Shown piece by piece: positions 43,129 through 53,472 of a stretch of 64,000 nt of DNA. Within the stretch, counting starts at the first letter, position 1. Every line of letters starts with the position of its first letter. This DNA is from an uncultured delta proteobacterium (GTDB lineage Bacteria > Desulfobacterota > Binatia > Binatales > Binataceae). The stretch covers positions 480,001-544,000 of the forward strand of contig CAWEEQ010000004.1 of assembly GCA_963808235.1 (NCBI GenBank). Reading direction: 5' to 3'. The position numbers and the translations under genes were made by a program. The notes under the pieces are model-generated. The model made no database searches. It was not told where the DNA came from and was given only the letters and a program-made list of their open reading frames with translations.

Positions 43129-43201
43129 CTTTGCATCCGCGATCGCATATCGTACCTTAGCGCTTGCCATTGCGGAGAATTCGCTTTACGAGATTGGAAT
43201 C

Positions 43202-43645
43202 ATGCCACCGATTTTGAAAATTGCGCGAGTCCGCAAAAGTCCGAATCCGATGCCTGCCTATCAGAGCGAGCACGCGGCCGGAGTCGATCTGATGGCCGAC
43301 ATCGCCGCGCCACTCGAGATGGCGCCGCGCGAGCGACGCGCCGTCCCGACCGGCATCGCGGTCGAGATTCCGGTTGGCTACGAGGGGCAGGTGCGCCCGC
43401 GCAGCGGCCGCGCGATCAAGGACGGCCTCACGCTCGTGAACTCGCCGGGAACCATCGATGCGGACTATCGTGGAGAAGTTAAAGTATTACTTGTGAATTT
43501 GGGCGAGCAGCCGATTCTGATAAATCCCGGCGATCGGATCGCACAGTTGATCATTGCGCCGGTCGTTCGCGCCGAGATTGTCGAGGTCGATGAACTGGCG
43601 CCGACCTCGCGCGGATCAGGCGGCTTCGGCCATACCGGGCGCTAG
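43202..43645 (+). CDS. dut: dUTP diphosphatase
   Basis: AAGVDL, QVRPRSG, NSPGTIDADYRGE, DRIAQL, RGSGGFGHTG. Confidence 0.96.
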   Translation: MPPILKIARVRKSPNPMPAYQSEHAAGVDLMADIAAPLEMAPRERRAVPTGIAVEIPVGYEGQVRPRSGRAIKDGLTLVNSPGTIDADYRGEVKVLLVNLGEQPILINPGDRIAQLIIAPVVRAEIVEVDELAPTSRGSGGFGHTGR

Positions 43646-43714
43646 CATCGCGACCACCTCTCGATTGCGCTGCCGAGACCACGTAATTTGGTTTCGTCGG
43701 CATAACGTGAAGAA

Positions 43715-45130
43715 GTGAAAGACAAGCCAATCGAGACCGACGCGGCTTTGACCGCGGTGACGCCGATCGACGGCCGGTACCGCGCGCGCACCCGGAGCTT
43801 GGAAGCGTACTTCAGCGAGTTCGCGCTGATTCGCTACCGGGTCCGCGTCGAGATCGAATGGTATCTCTCGCTCGCCGCCGATCCCGCGATCGTCGCGCTC
43901 AAACCGATCGCGCCAGCGACTGCGAAGAAACTCCGTGCCATTTACGAAGACTTCGCGCTCGCCGACGCGCGGCGTGTGAAAGAACTCGAGGCGACCACCA
44001 ATCACGACGTCAAGGCAGTCGAGTACTTCGTCAAGGAACGAGTCGCCGCAGTCGATTCGAAGCTGCCGGTCGAGATGGTGCATTTCGCGTGCACGTCGGA
44101 GGACATCAATAATCTCGCCTACGCGCTGATCCTCCAGGAGTTCGCCGCAAACGATCTGACGCCGCGGATCGAAGCGGCGATCGCGCCGATCATCAAGCTG
44201 GCGCATCGCTACAAGTCACTCCCGATGCTCGCGCGGACGCATGGCCAGGAAGCCTCGCCGACCACGCTCGGCAAGGAGATGGCGATTTTCGCGACGCGGC
44301 TCACGCGCCAGCTCGGGCAGCTCAAGCGCCAGGAATTTCTCGGCAAGCTCAACGGCGCGGTCGGCAACTTCAATGCGCATCACTTTGCCCATCCCGACGT
44401 CGATTGGATCGCGCACTCGCAGAATTTCGTGCAGCGGCTCGGGCTCACCTGGAATCCGCTGACCACCCAGATCGAGAGCCACGACTTTATCGCCGAGCTG
44501 TTCGGCATCATGATGCGCATCGACACCATCCTGCTCGGATTCTGCCGCGACATGTGGAGTTACATCTCGATCGGATATTTCGCTCAGCAAGTCGTAGCCG
44601 GCGAGACCGGCTCGTCGGTGATGCCGCATAAAGTGAATCCGATCGATTTCGAAAACTGCGAGGGCAATCTCGGCATCGCCAACGCGTTGTTCGCACACCT
44701 CGCCGACAAGCTCCCGATCTCGCGATGGCAGCGCGATCTGACCGACAGCACGGCGATTCGTGCGATGGGAACGGCGTTCGGGCACATGATCGTAGCGCTC
44801 ATATCGCTCGAGCGCGGGCTCGGGCGCGTCGAAGTCAACGAGGCGCGCATCGCCGAGGATCTCGACGCCGAGCAGGCGTGGGAAGTCGTCGCCGAAGCGA
44901 TTCAGACCCTGATGCGCCGGCATGGGATGCCGCGGCCGTACGAGACCCTAAAGGAACTGACCCGCGGGCGCCGAATCGATCGGCGCGTGATCGACGAGTT
45001 CATCGCGTCGCTGCCGCTCGAGGAGAGCGCGCGGCAAAAGCTGCGCGAGCTCAATCCGCGCAGCTATGTTGGGCTGGCCGCGAAACTGGTCGAGCGCTTT
45101 GCGCCGCCCGCTCCGAAATCCGGCAGGTGA
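43715..45130 (+). CDS. purB: Adenylosuccinate lyase (E. coli type)
   Basis: PIDGRY, TNHDVKAVEY, HFACTSEDINN, GSSVMPHKVNPIDFEN, SRWQRDLTDST. Confidence 0.97.
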   Translation: MKDKPIETDAALTAVTPIDGRYRARTRSLEAYFSEFALIRYRVRVEIEWYLSLAADPAIVALKPIAPATAKKLRAIYEDFALADARRVKELEATTNHDVKAVEYFVKERVAAVDSKLPVEMVHFACTSEDINNLAYALILQEFAANDLTPRIEAAIAPIIKLAHRYKSLPMLARTHGQEASPTTLGKEMAIFATRLTRQLGQLKRQEFLGKLNGAVGNFNAHHFAHPDVDWIAHSQNFVQRLGLTWNPLTTQIESHDFIAELFGIMMRIDTILLGFCRDMWSYISIGYFAQQVVAGETGSSVMPHKVNPIDFENCEGNLGIANALFAHLADKLPISRWQRDLTDSTAIRAMGTAFGHMIVALISLERGLGRVEVNEARIAEDLDAEQAWEVVAEAIQTLMRRHGMPRPYETLKELTRGRRIDRRVIDEFIASLPLEESARQKLRELNPRSYVGLAAKLVERFAPPAPKSGR

Positions 45131-45136
45131 TGCGAT

Positions 45137-45190
45137 CTGTCCACATCGTGACCTTTGCCGATGTGCATAATCGAAAAAATTTGTGGATAA
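45137..45190. promoter_or_regulatory. Cluster of DnaA boxes in the purB-purC spacer
   Basis: TGTGGATAA (45182-45190) and TGTGCATAA (45162-45170) are reverse complements of TTATNCACA; CTGTCCACA (45137-45145) is a 7/9 match. Confidence 0.7.
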
Positions 45191-45278
45191 CGGCGCGGGA
45201 CTTCGTTGTCCTACGGCGACCGACCGGTAAGATGATTATCTTAAGCTCACTCACACCGAATTGAAGGGAGAACGAAGC

Positions 45279-45995
45279 GTGGAAACGACTCCGCAGAAAC
45301 TCGAGATGTTTTACGAGGGCAAGGCGAAGAAGCTCTACTCCACATCCGACCCTGACCTCGTAATCGCCTACTTCAAGGACGACGCGACCGCGTTCAACGG
45401 CAAGAAGCGCGACACGATCGAGGAGAAGGGCGTGATGAACAATCGGATCTCCGAGTTGTTCTTCCTCCTGCTCGAAAAGCACGGCGTGAAGACGCATTTC
45501 GTGCGCCGCCTGAACGATCGCGAGATGCTGTGTAAGCGCCTCGATATCATTCCGGTCGAAACCGTGGTGCGGAATATCGTCGCGGGCTCGATGGCGAAGC
45601 GGCTCGGTCGCGAAGAGGGCGAGCAGCTCCCGCATCCGATCGTCGAGTACTATTACAAATCAGACGCGCTCGACGATCCGCTGATTATCGGCGAGCATGC
45701 GATCGCGTTTGGGTGGGCGACGGCGGAGGAGCTCAAGCAGGTCGATGCGAAGGCGCTCAAGGTCGATGAGGTGCTGACTGAATTCCTCGACGAGCGCGGC
45801 GTCATCCTGGTCGATTTCAAGCTTGAGTTCGGGCGGCATCATGGCGAAATTTTGCTCGGCGACGAAATCTGCCCCGACACTTGCCGATTCTGGGACAAGG
45901 CGACGCGGCAGAAGCTCGACAAGGATCGATTCCGGCGCGATTTGGGCGGCGTCGAGGAAGCGTATCACGAGATGCTCCGCCGGGTCGAAAGTTGA
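45279..45995 (+). CDS. purC: SAICAR synthetase
   Basis: [49 protein letters not shown]. Confidence 0.97.
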   Translation: METTPQKLEMFYEGKAKKLYSTSDPDLVIAYFKDDATAFNGKKRDTIEEKGVMNNRISELFFLLLEKHGVKTHFVRRLNDREMLCKRLDIIPVETVVRNIVAGSMAKRLGREEGEQLPHPIVEYYYKSDALDDPLIIGEHAIAFGWATAEELKQVDAKALKVDEVLTEFLDERGVILVDFKLEFGRHHGEILLGDEICPDTCRFWDKATRQKLDKDRFRRDLGGVEEAYHEMLRRVES

Positions 45996-46069
45996 CGCGC
46001 AAAAATTGGCGCGATTTGCGTTTAATTTTTCGAAGAACTTGAGCCATTTGCTGGCGTTTATCTCAAATA

Positions 46070-46085
46070 TGTTTCACGTGAAACG
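46070..46085. promoter_or_regulatory. parS centromere-like site (ParB binding)
   Basis: TGTTTCACGTGAAACG, 15/16 match to the consensus TGTTTCACGTGAAACA, in an AT-rich intergenic spacer. Confidence 0.85.
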
Positions 46086-46127
46086 TCATTTAGTTCAGGG
46101 GAACAAAACGCGAATCGAGGCGTTGAA

Positions 46128-46373
46128 TTGCAAGTAAGAGTTTTCGTCACGCCGCGAAAAGGAATCCTCGATCCGCAGGGACGTGCGGTCGAAAGCTCGC
46201 TGCACAGTCTCGGTTTCAAAAACGTCTCGGGCGTCAAAGTCGGAAAATATATCTTGCTCGAAGTCGAGGCGCGGAACGCCGCGGAGGCGCGCGACGAAGC
46301 GAAGAAGATGTGCGAGGCGCTGCTCGCCAATCCCGTGATCGAAGATTTCCGCTTCGAGGTCGATGGCGAATGA
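46128..46373 (+). CDS. purS: FGAM synthase subunit PurS
   Basis: ILDPQGRAV, VKVGKYI, MCEALLANPVIEDF. Confidence 0.96.
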   Translation: MQVRVFVTPRKGILDPQGRAVESSLHSLGFKNVSGVKVGKYILLEVEARNAAEARDEAKKMCEALLANPVIEDFRFEVDGE

Positions 46374-47074
46374 AGTGGGGCGTCGTACGGTTCCCCGGCT
46401 CGCTCGACGACGGCGACGCGATGCATGCGCTCGCCGATGTGATGGGCGAGGATGCGCGAATTCTGTGGCATAAGGAGACCACGCTCGGCGGCGCCGAGTG
46501 CGTGCTGCTGCCGGGTGGTTTCAGCTACGGCGATTATCTGCGCACGGGAGCGATCGCGCGCTTCTCGCCGATAATGAAAAGCGTTCAGCAATTCGCGGCC
46601 GACGGCGGACTCGTGATCGGCACTTGCAACGGCTTTCAGATTTTGTGCGAGGCGCATCTGCTGCCCGGCGCGCTGACGCGCAATCGTTCGCTGTCGTTCG
46701 TATGCGAGCGGGTGTGGCTGCGGGTCGAGAACGCGAACACGCCATTTACGCGCGCGATGAAGCAGGGCGATGTTTTGCGGCTTCCGATCAAACATGGCGA
46801 GGGACTATACGTCGCGCCCGAAGACGAACTCCGACAGATGGAGGAGCGCGGGCAGGTGATTTTGCGCTACGTCGATAAGGACGGGCGCGAGAGCGACGCG
46901 GCCAATCCGAATGGGGCTAATCCGAACGGAAGTATGCGCTCGATCGCGGGAGTCGCCAACGAGCGGTTCAACGTGTTCGGTCTGATGCCGCATCCGGAGC
47001 ACGCGGTGGAAGCGATGCTCGGCGGTATCGACGGGCGCAAGATATTCGAATCGATCGCCGGGAGCGCGCGATGA
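46370..47074 (+). CDS. purQ: FGAM synthase glutaminase subunit PurQ
   Basis: [39 protein letters not shown]. Confidence 0.97.
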   Translation: MKWGVVRFPGSLDDGDAMHALADVMGEDARILWHKETTLGGAECVLLPGGFSYGDYLRTGAIARFSPIMKSVQQFAADGGLVIGTCNGFQILCEAHLLPGALTRNRSLSFVCERVWLRVENANTPFTRAMKQGDVLRLPIKHGEGLYVAPEDELRQMEERGQVILRYVDKDGRESDAANPNGANPNGSMRSIAGVANERFNVFGLMPHPEHAVEAMLGGIDGRKIFESIAGSAR

Positions 47075-49317
47075 GCGAGCGCGCGCCGGTCGCAATTCCC
47101 GGCGACGGAAAAGTCTCTATCGAACAAGCGCGTACGCACGGCCTTTCGGCCGACGAGTATCGCAAGATCGAACAGATCATCGGACGCACTCCAACCTGGA
47201 CCGAGCTTGGCGTTTTTTCGGTCATGTGGTCGGAACATTGTTCGTACAAATCTTCGCGGCGGCATCTGAAGACGCTGCCGTCGAAGAGCGAGTTGGTCGT
47301 GCAAGGGCCGGGCGAAAATGCCGGCGCGATCGATGTGGGCGACGGATGGGCGGCGGTTTTCAAGATCGAGAGCCATAACCATCCGTCATTCGTCGAGCCG
47401 TACCAGGGCGCGGCGACCGGCGTGGGCGGAATATTGCGCGACATCTTCACGATGGGCGCGCGGCCGGTCGCAAGCATGAACTCGCTTAAGTTCGGATCGT
47501 TCGATCATCCGCGGACACGCTACCTGCTCGGAGGAGTGGTGGGCGGAATCGGCGGCTACGGCAACTGCGTCGGAGTTCCGACGGTCGCGGGCGAGGTGAT
47601 GTTCGACGCAGCGTACAACGAAAACATATTGGTCAACGCGTTCTGTCTCGGGCTGGTGCGAAAGGACGAGATGATGAGCGCGCGGGCGCGCGGCGTGAGC
47701 AACCCGGTGCTTTACGTTGGCTCTGCGACCGGACGAGACGGAATTCATGGCGCGTCGATGGCGTCCGCGGAGTTCGACAAGGAGAGCGAGGCCAAGCGTC
47801 CGGCGGTGCAGGTCGGCGATCCATTTACCGAGAAGCTGCTGATCGAGGCTTGTCTGGAAGCAGGCCGAACCGGCGCGATCGTGGCGATACAGGACATGGG
47901 TGCGGCGGGGCTCACGTCTTCGTCGAGCGAGATGGCGGATCGCGGCGGACTTGGGATCGAGCTCGATCTGGATTTGGTTCCGCTTCGTGAAGCCAATCTG
48001 ACGCCGTACGAGATTCTGCTTTCCGAGTCGCAGGAGCGGATGCTGATTGTCGCCGAGCGCGGACGCGAGGCGGAGCTGCAACAGGTGTTCGAGAAGTGGG
48101 ATTTGCACGCGGCGGTGATCGGTCACGTGACCGACGACCGCCGATGGTGCATGCGCTGGCATGGTCAGGTCGTTGCGGATCTCCCGGTTGGGGCGCTTGC
48201 GGCAGATGCGCCGTTGTATGATCGGCCGGCGGTCGAGCCGAACTCGGTGCGCGATCCGGGACCCTCACCTAACCTCTTCCGTAAAGTGACGGGCGAGGTA
48301 GGAAAAGAGTTGCGGGCGCTGCTGGATAATCCGAACGTTGCGTCGAAGAAGTGGGTGTTTCGGCAGTACGATTCGATCGTGCAGAGCAACACCGTTGAGG
48401 GGCCGGGCAGTGATGCGGCGGTGCTGCGAATCAAGGGTTCGCGGCGCGGGATCGTGCTCAAGGTCGATTCGAATCCGCGCGCTTGCGCGCTCGACCCGTA
48501 TCTCGGAGCGGTCGGCACAGTTTGCGAAGCCGTCCGCAACGTCGCATGCGCGGGTGCGCGGCCGGTGGGGATCACCAATTGTCTCAACTACGGAAATCCG
48601 GAGCGGCCGGAGGTGATGTGGCAATTTATCCGCGGGGTCGCGGGACTCCGCGACGCGTCGCTCGCGTTCGGCGCGCCAGTCGTGAGCGGCAACGTGAGTT
48701 TTTACAACGAGACCGAGGGCCGCGCGATTCCACCAACGCCGACTATCGCGGTGCTCGGCGTGATGCTCGACGTGTCGCGCCATGTGACGCAGTTTTTCAA
48801 AAACCCCGGCGACTCGATCGCTCTGGTTCGCACGGCGCGGCCTTCGATTGCGGCGAGCGAGTATGCCGCGATGTTCGGAACCGGCGGCGGGACGCTCGAA
48901 TCAATCAACCTGACGCGCGAGGCAGCACTGGTCGACGGGCTGGTTGCTGGGGCGGAAGCGGGGCTGATAAGATCGGCTCACGATATCGCCGAGGGCGGGC
49001 TTGCCGTGGCAATGGCCGAAGCCTGTTTCAATCCGCGCGCGATTCTGGGGGCCGAGGTTGAACTTGGGCACGCTGGAAACGCTGACGCGGTTGATTTTTT
49101 TGGCGAGGGCGCATCGACGGTGATCCTGTCGATCGCGCCGGGCGACGCAGCTCGAGTCGAGCAGTTGTTCGCGCCGCGCGGACTTGAATTTGCAGTGATT
49201 GGCCGGGTGACGAGCGAGCCCCGGCTCAAGATTGGCAAAGCGATCGACGAAGACGTTTCGGAGCTGATGCGAATTTACGAAAACGCGATTCCGAGGAGGC
49301 TAGCCGGCGGTGACTGA
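47071..49317 (+). CDS. purL: FGAM synthase subunit PurL
   Basis: [56 protein letters not shown]. Confidence 0.98.
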   Translation: MSERAPVAIPGDGKVSIEQARTHGLSADEYRKIEQIIGRTPTWTELGVFSVMWSEHCSYKSSRRHLKTLPSKSELVVQGPGENAGAIDVGDGWAAVFKIESHNHPSFVEPYQGAATGVGGILRDIFTMGARPVASMNSLKFGSFDHPRTRYLLGGVVGGIGGYGNCVGVPTVAGEVMFDAAYNENILVNAFCLGLVRKDEMMSARARGVSNPVLYVGSATGRDGIHGASMASAEFDKESEAKRPAVQVGDPFTEKLLIEACLEAGRTGAIVAIQDMGAAGLTSSSSEMADRGGLGIELDLDLVPLREANLTPYEILLSESQERMLIVAERGREAELQQVFEKWDLHAAVIGHVTDDRRWCMRWHGQVVADLPVGALAADAPLYDRPAVEPNSVRDPGPSPNLFRKVTGEVGKELRALLDNPNVASKKWVFRQYDSIVQSNTVEGPGSDAAVLRIKGSRRGIVLKVDSNPRACALDPYLGAVGTVCEAVRNVACAGARPVGITNCLNYGNPERPEVMWQFIRGVAGLRDASLAFGAPVVSGNVSFYNETEGRAIPPTPTIAVLGVMLDVSRHVTQFFKNPGDSIALVRTARPSIAASEYAAMFGTGGGTLESINLTREAALVDGLVAGAEAGLIRSAHDIAEGGLAVAMAEACFNPRAILGAEVELGHAGNADAVDFFGEGASTVILSIAPGDAARVEQLFAPRGLEFAVIGRVTSEPRLKIGKAIDEDVSELMRIYENAIPRRLAGGD
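48261..48301. repeat. REP-like palindrome copy located in frame inside purL
   Basis: accctcacctaacctcttccgtaaagtgacgggcgaggtag; 36/41 identical to 14498-14538; encodes [13 protein letters not shown]. Confidence 0.8.
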
Positions 49318-50818
49318 AAAAGACTCGGTCATGGCGGTCGAAGCGATCGAAGAATCAAGGCTCGACGATTCGGAGTTCGAGGAATCGAACTTGGACGCGT
49401 TCCACGAGGAGTGCGGCGTCTTCGGCGTGTATCGGCATCCGGAGGCCGCGAACCTGGCGTACCTCGGACTCTACGCGCAGCAGCATCGCGGACAGGAATC
49501 GGCAGGAATCGTTTCGTCCAACGGCAGGTCGCTGATCTCGCATCGCGGGATGGGACTGGTCGCCGACGTTTTCAACAATACGATCATCGCAAAACTCGAA
49601 GGGACCAGCGCAATCGGGCACAACCGCTACTCGACAACCGGCTCGACAACGATCAACAACTGCCAGCCGCTGGTCGGCGAGTATGCGCATGGCGCGCTCG
49701 CGCTCGCGCATAACGGTAACCTGGTCAACTTCAAGGAATTGCGCGAGCGGCTCGAGGCGAACGGATCGCTTTTTCAATCGTCGTCGGACAGCGAGGTGAT
49801 GATTCATCTGATCGCGGGGTCGCGCGCGCCGACGCTGCCGGAGCGGGTTGCCGAGGCTCTGGCGCAGGTTAAGGGCGCGTACTCGCTGGTGGTGTTGACC
49901 GAAGACACGCTGATCGCGGTGCGAGATCCGCAGGGCTTCCGTCCGCTGGTGTTGGGTAATCTTAACGGCGCAACGATTGTGGCGTCGGAGACATGCGCGC
50001 TCGACCTGGTGCGCGCCGATTATATCCGCGAGGTCAATCCCGGCGAGATGATCGTCGTCGATGAAAGCGGGATGCGCGCGATCGATCCGTTCGGTCATGC
50101 GCCGGCTAAGCGATGCATCTTCGAGTACGTTTATTTCTCGCGCCCCGACAGCCAGGTGTACGGGCGCAACGTCTACATGGTGCGTAAAGAGCAGGGACGG
50201 GCGCTCGCGCGCGAGGCTCCCGCGATCGCGGATATCGTGGTGCCGGTGCCCGACTCGGGTACTCCGGCGGCGCTCGGCTACGCGGAAGAATCTGGAATTC
50301 CGTTCGAGATGGGGCTCGTGCGCAGCCACTATGTCGGGCGCACTTTTATCGAGCCGCGCCAATCGATTCGACATTTCGGGGTGAAGATAAAGTTCAATCC
50401 GGTCGCGGAATTGTTACGCGACAAGCGAATCGTGCTGATCGAGGACTCCCTGGTGCGTGGCACCACGCTTAGAAAAGTGATCCCGATGCTCCGCCAGGCG
50501 GGCGCGCGCGAGGTCCACATGCGAATCGCGGCGCCGCCGACTACGAACTCGTGTTTTTACGGAATCGACACGCCGACGCGCGAAGAGCTGCTCGCGTCGT
50601 CGCATTCGATCGAGCAGATTCGCAGATACATCACAGCGGACACGCTGGCATACTTGAGTTGGGACGGCCTTTACTCGTTCAACGGCGAGAGCCGCGAGGG
50701 ATTTTGCGACGCGTGCTTCACCGGAAACTATCCGGTGGAGATTCCGAGGGACAATGGGCCTTCGCAGTTGCACTTGTTTCTGGCCAATGAAGATGGGTTG
50801 AAGGACGATCGACGGTAG
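49310..50818 (+). CDS. purF: Amidophosphoribosyltransferase (propeptide, Fe-S type)
   Basis: [42 protein letters not shown]; Cys in RCIFE, SCFYG, CDAC. Confidence 0.97.
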   Translation: MTEKDSVMAVEAIEESRLDDSEFEESNLDAFHEECGVFGVYRHPEAANLAYLGLYAQQHRGQESAGIVSSNGRSLISHRGMGLVADVFNNTIIAKLEGTSAIGHNRYSTTGSTTINNCQPLVGEYAHGALALAHNGNLVNFKELRERLEANGSLFQSSSDSEVMIHLIAGSRAPTLPERVAEALAQVKGAYSLVVLTEDTLIAVRDPQGFRPLVLGNLNGATIVASETCALDLVRADYIREVNPGEMIVVDESGMRAIDPFGHAPAKRCIFEYVYFSRPDSQVYGRNVYMVRKEQGRALAREAPAIADIVVPVPDSGTPAALGYAEESGIPFEMGLVRSHYVGRTFIEPRQSIRHFGVKIKFNPVAELLRDKRIVLIEDSLVRGTTLRKVIPMLRQAGAREVHMRIAAPPTTNSCFYGIDTPTREELLASSHSIEQIRRYITADTLAYLSWDGLYSFNGESREGFCDACFTGNYPVEIPRDNGPSQLHLFLANEDGLKDDRR

Positions 50819-50842
50819 GCGATTGGTGCGCCCCGCGCGCGA

Positions 50843-50890
50843 CCTCTCCCGGCTTGCGGATGTCCACGTAGTCGCCATCCGCTGGAGAGG
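50843..50890. repeat. Intergenic hairpin (CCTCTCC...GGAGAGG), REP-like, between convergent purF and dsbA-like genes
   Basis: Outer stem CCTCTCC/GGAGAGG, inner stem GCGGATG/CATCCGC. Confidence 0.6.
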
Positions 50891-50896
50891 CAGGAA

Positions 50897-51592
50897 CTAG
50901 CGGGTCTTAAGCTTCCGGTCGATTACCGACTCGAATGCTGAAGGCGGCTGAGCGCCACTCATCCCATGTCCGTTTACAATGAAATAGGGCGTACCGTTAG
51001 CGCCGACACTCTTGCCCTGCGATCGATCCGCGACCACGGCACTCTCGTACTTGCGATCATCGAGGCAGGTATCGAAACTTGCGGGGTCCAGCCCGAGCCC
51101 GGCCGCGGCCGTCTTTAATTCTGTCGTCGAGAGTCCCGACGGATTTTCGAGCAGTGCGTCGTGATAGGCCCAGAACTGACCCTGCTCATTGGCGCATCGC
51201 GCAGCTATCGCCGCTTCCATCGCGCGAGGGTGAAAAGGCAGCGGGAAGTCCATGTACACCAGTCGCACCTGGTCGCCGTATTTCTTCAGCACTTGCTTGA
51301 GCGACTTTTCGGCCTGGCGGCAAAACGGGCACTGGAAGTCGGAGTACTCCACAATCGTAATCGACGCGTTGTCGCCGCCGCGCTGCGGATGGTCTACGCT
51401 CACCTGGTCGTCTTGCGAGCTCGAGTGACTGGGAGACTTCGAATCGGAACTATCACTGGACGAAGGAACTCGAACCCAATCGTCCTGCGCGAGCATGACC
51501 GCGGCGTTATCGGATCCTGCCCCGGCAGAAGCAGCCGTCAGCATCGCGGCGCCGAAGGTCGCAGCCAGAATAAAATTTATCGCGGTCCGCAA
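50897..51592 (-). CDS. DsbA/BdbD-family thiol-disulfide oxidoreductase
   Basis: Signal peptide, Ser-rich linker, EYSDFQCPFC, DFPLPFH, AARCANEQGQFW, GTPYF. Confidence 0.92.
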   Translation of the reverse strand: MRTAINFILAATFGAAMLTAASAGAGSDNAAVMLAQDDWVRVPSSSDSSDSKSPSHSSSQDDQVSVDHPQRGGDNASITIVEYSDFQCPFCRQAEKSLKQVLKKYGDQVRLVYMDFPLPFHPRAMEAAIAARCANEQGQFWAYHDALLENPSGLSTTELKTAAAGLGLDPASFDTCLDDRKYESAVVADRSQGKSVGANGTPYFIVNGHGMSGAQPPSAFESVIDRKLKTR

Positions 51593-51719
51593 CAGTTCCC
51601 CCCGGTCGAAACAAATGCGGCTCGTAGTTTACGCGCGCGGGGATGGGCAGTCGAGAACCTTGCGGGAGCAGGCGTTTTCAGCGGTGCGAGCGGGCGCTGG
51701 AAATTTCTGAGATTTAGTT

Positions 51720-51750
51720 CCTCGCCCGACGCTTCGTTGTCAGGGAGAGG
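51720..51750. repeat. REP-like hairpin, reverse-oriented relative of the 14498/48261 element
   Basis: Reverse complement CCTCTCCCTGAC-aacgaagc-GTCGGGCGAGG has the same CCTCTCYC...GGGCGAGG arms. Confidence 0.55.
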
Positions 51751-51757
51751 CAAATGA

Positions 51758-52576
51758 CTAGGGTTCGGAGGCTGCTATGTCCTGCACGAATTGGTTCATC
51801 GTGCGGCGCGAGACCAGCATGCACATGAACCCGCCGTGCGGGTAGCTCAGGCAGATGCTGTAGCCCTTGTACACGTAGTAGTTGTGGTCGCCCATCGCGC
51901 GGATTGCGCCGGGCGGGGGCTCGAAGCCGTGCGACTGCATGTAGGTGCACAGGATGGTGCCGGTATCGCTGCGATAAAAAGTGAACGAGACCGGGCTTCC
52001 GTCGCGCAGATGCTCAACGCGTCCGCCGACAAGCTTGTAGCCGCTCGGCTGCAGATTCCACAGAAATCCCGGCAAATGATTGTCCATGTAGGCGCCCGAG
52101 ATATCGGGCGGCGAGTTCCCTTTCACGTTGGGTTCGAAGTGAACCGCGAATTGTGAGTAGTGGTTGATCGCGATATCGAAAGGCGTGATCGCATGAGCGG
52201 GCGTGCGCGAGATGCCGCCGTGCAGAACCACAACCACAATCGCGGCAGCCGCGGCGAGCATAATCGGAACCCACACGCGCGCGCGGCGAAGTACTGAGGG
52301 CCTGCGGCGATCGGCGTCGGCAGAGCGCTCGCGATTGCGCTCGGTTGTGTCGGCGGCGTCGAGCGCGGCAAGGATCGATCCGCGGACCATCGCGGGCGTG
52401 CGCATCATCTGGGCGCGTTCGCGCATCAGGGATTTGACGGCCCGCTCTTCGGCGAAGCGCGTGCGGCAGCTGGCGCATCCGGCGAGATGTTCTTCGGCGG
52501 CGCGAAGCTCATCGGCGCTCAGCTCGCCGTCGACGTGAGCCGAAAGGTATTTCTCGATGTAAGTGCCGCAATCCAC
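51758..52576 (-). CDS. Membrane-anchored zinc-binding (zf-HC2/ZAS) anti-sigma factor
   Basis: C..LSAHVDGEL..EEHLAGCASC, one TM helix, extracytoplasmic domain; downstream of the ECF sigma. Confidence 0.9.
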   Translation of the reverse strand: MDCGTYIEKYLSAHVDGELSADELRAAEEHLAGCASCRTRFAEERAVKSLMRERAQMMRTPAMVRGSILAALDAADTTERNRERSADADRRRPSVLRRARVWVPIMLAAAAAIVVVVLHGGISRTPAHAITPFDIAINHYSQFAVHFEPNVKGNSPPDISGAYMDNHLPGFLWNLQPSGYKLVGGRVEHLRDGSPVSFTFYRSDTGTILCTYMQSHGFEPPPGAIRAMGDHNYYVYKGYSICLSYPHGGFMCMLVSRRTMNQFVQDIAASEP

Positions 52577-52577
52577 G

Positions 52578-52766
52578 TTATGGTGCCACGTCTATAGGGT
52601 CGTTTCGCTCGACGGTCGTCCGTTGTACTCGGTCCCGGGAGAGTTGCATCGCGTAAACGACGCTTGATGTGTCGAATAGGCTGTATGCTTGTTGGGAGTC
52701 AAGACTATTTTTATCAGCAGAGGACTCATCACAGTAAACCAAGTTGCTCGTCGTATAAGAAGCCAC
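52578..52766 (-). CDS. Possible 62-aa ORF between sigma and anti-sigma
   Basis: GTG start preceded by AGGA, stop 1 nt before the anti-sigma start; no recognisable family. Confidence 0.25.
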   Translation of the reverse strand: MASYTTSNLVYCDESSADKNSLDSQQAYSLFDTSSVVYAMQLSRDRVQRTTVERNDPIDVAP

Positions 52767-52776
52767 GGTCTTTTCC

Positions 52777-53352
52777 TTACCTTACTAAACCACGTTCCCT
52801 GGCAAATGCTGCCAGGCTTTCGCGCAAGATGGCGCGTCCGCGCGAGACCCGGGATTTTACCGTACCGATCGGTATGTTCAGAACCCCCGAAACCTCCTGA
52901 TAGCTTAGCTCCTCCACGTCGACGAGCAGGATCGCTTCGCGGAATTCCTCAGGTAGACTGGCCAGCGCCGTCTCGACTTCGCCCTCCATCCCGCGGCCGG
53001 AGAGCATCGACTCGGGATTCGAAGCGGCCGGATCGGCGTGCATGCTCTGTGTCTCCAGCTTGCGCTCGAAATCCTCTGTCGAGGCGGCGGGCTGCTCGCG
53101 CGACGATTTGCGATAGCCGTTGCGAAAGTTGTTGAAGAGAATCGTGAGCATCCACGCGCGGCAATTGGTGCCGGTCTCGAACTGATGAAAGAAGCGATAG
53201 GCGCGCAGGATCGTTTCCTGAAGCAAATCGCCGGCGTCGTCGGAATTGCGGGCGAGGCGCAACGCCATCGAGTAGAGCGCGTCGAGGTGAGGCAGGGCTT
53301 CCTCCTCGAATCGCTTGCGCCGGTCTTCGCCGGTGCCGCTTTTGTCCGTCAT
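52777..53352 (-). CDS. ECF sigma factor (SigH/SigR-like)
   Basis: HLDALYSMALRL..DAGDLLQET.LRAYRFF.QFETGTNCRAW..I; LPEEFREAILLVDVEELSYQEV..IPIGTVKSRVSRGR. Confidence 0.93.
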   Translation of the reverse strand: MTDKSGTGEDRRKRFEEEALPHLDALYSMALRLARNSDDAGDLLQETILRAYRFFHQFETGTNCRAWMLTILFNNFRNGYRKSSREQPAASTEDFERKLETQSMHADPAASNPESMLSGRGMEGEVETALASLPEEFREAILLVDVEELSYQEVSGVLNIPIGTVKSRVSRGRAILRESLAAFARERGLVR

Positions 53353-53472
53353 ATGCGAATTTGGAAAACATATCACCCTACATGATCAAAATCTTGGGTC
53401 GAGGTGAAATGTTCCCGAAAAGCCAGAATTATCGCTGGAGACCTCAGAGTCTTGCGAAATCCACGCGGCGGA

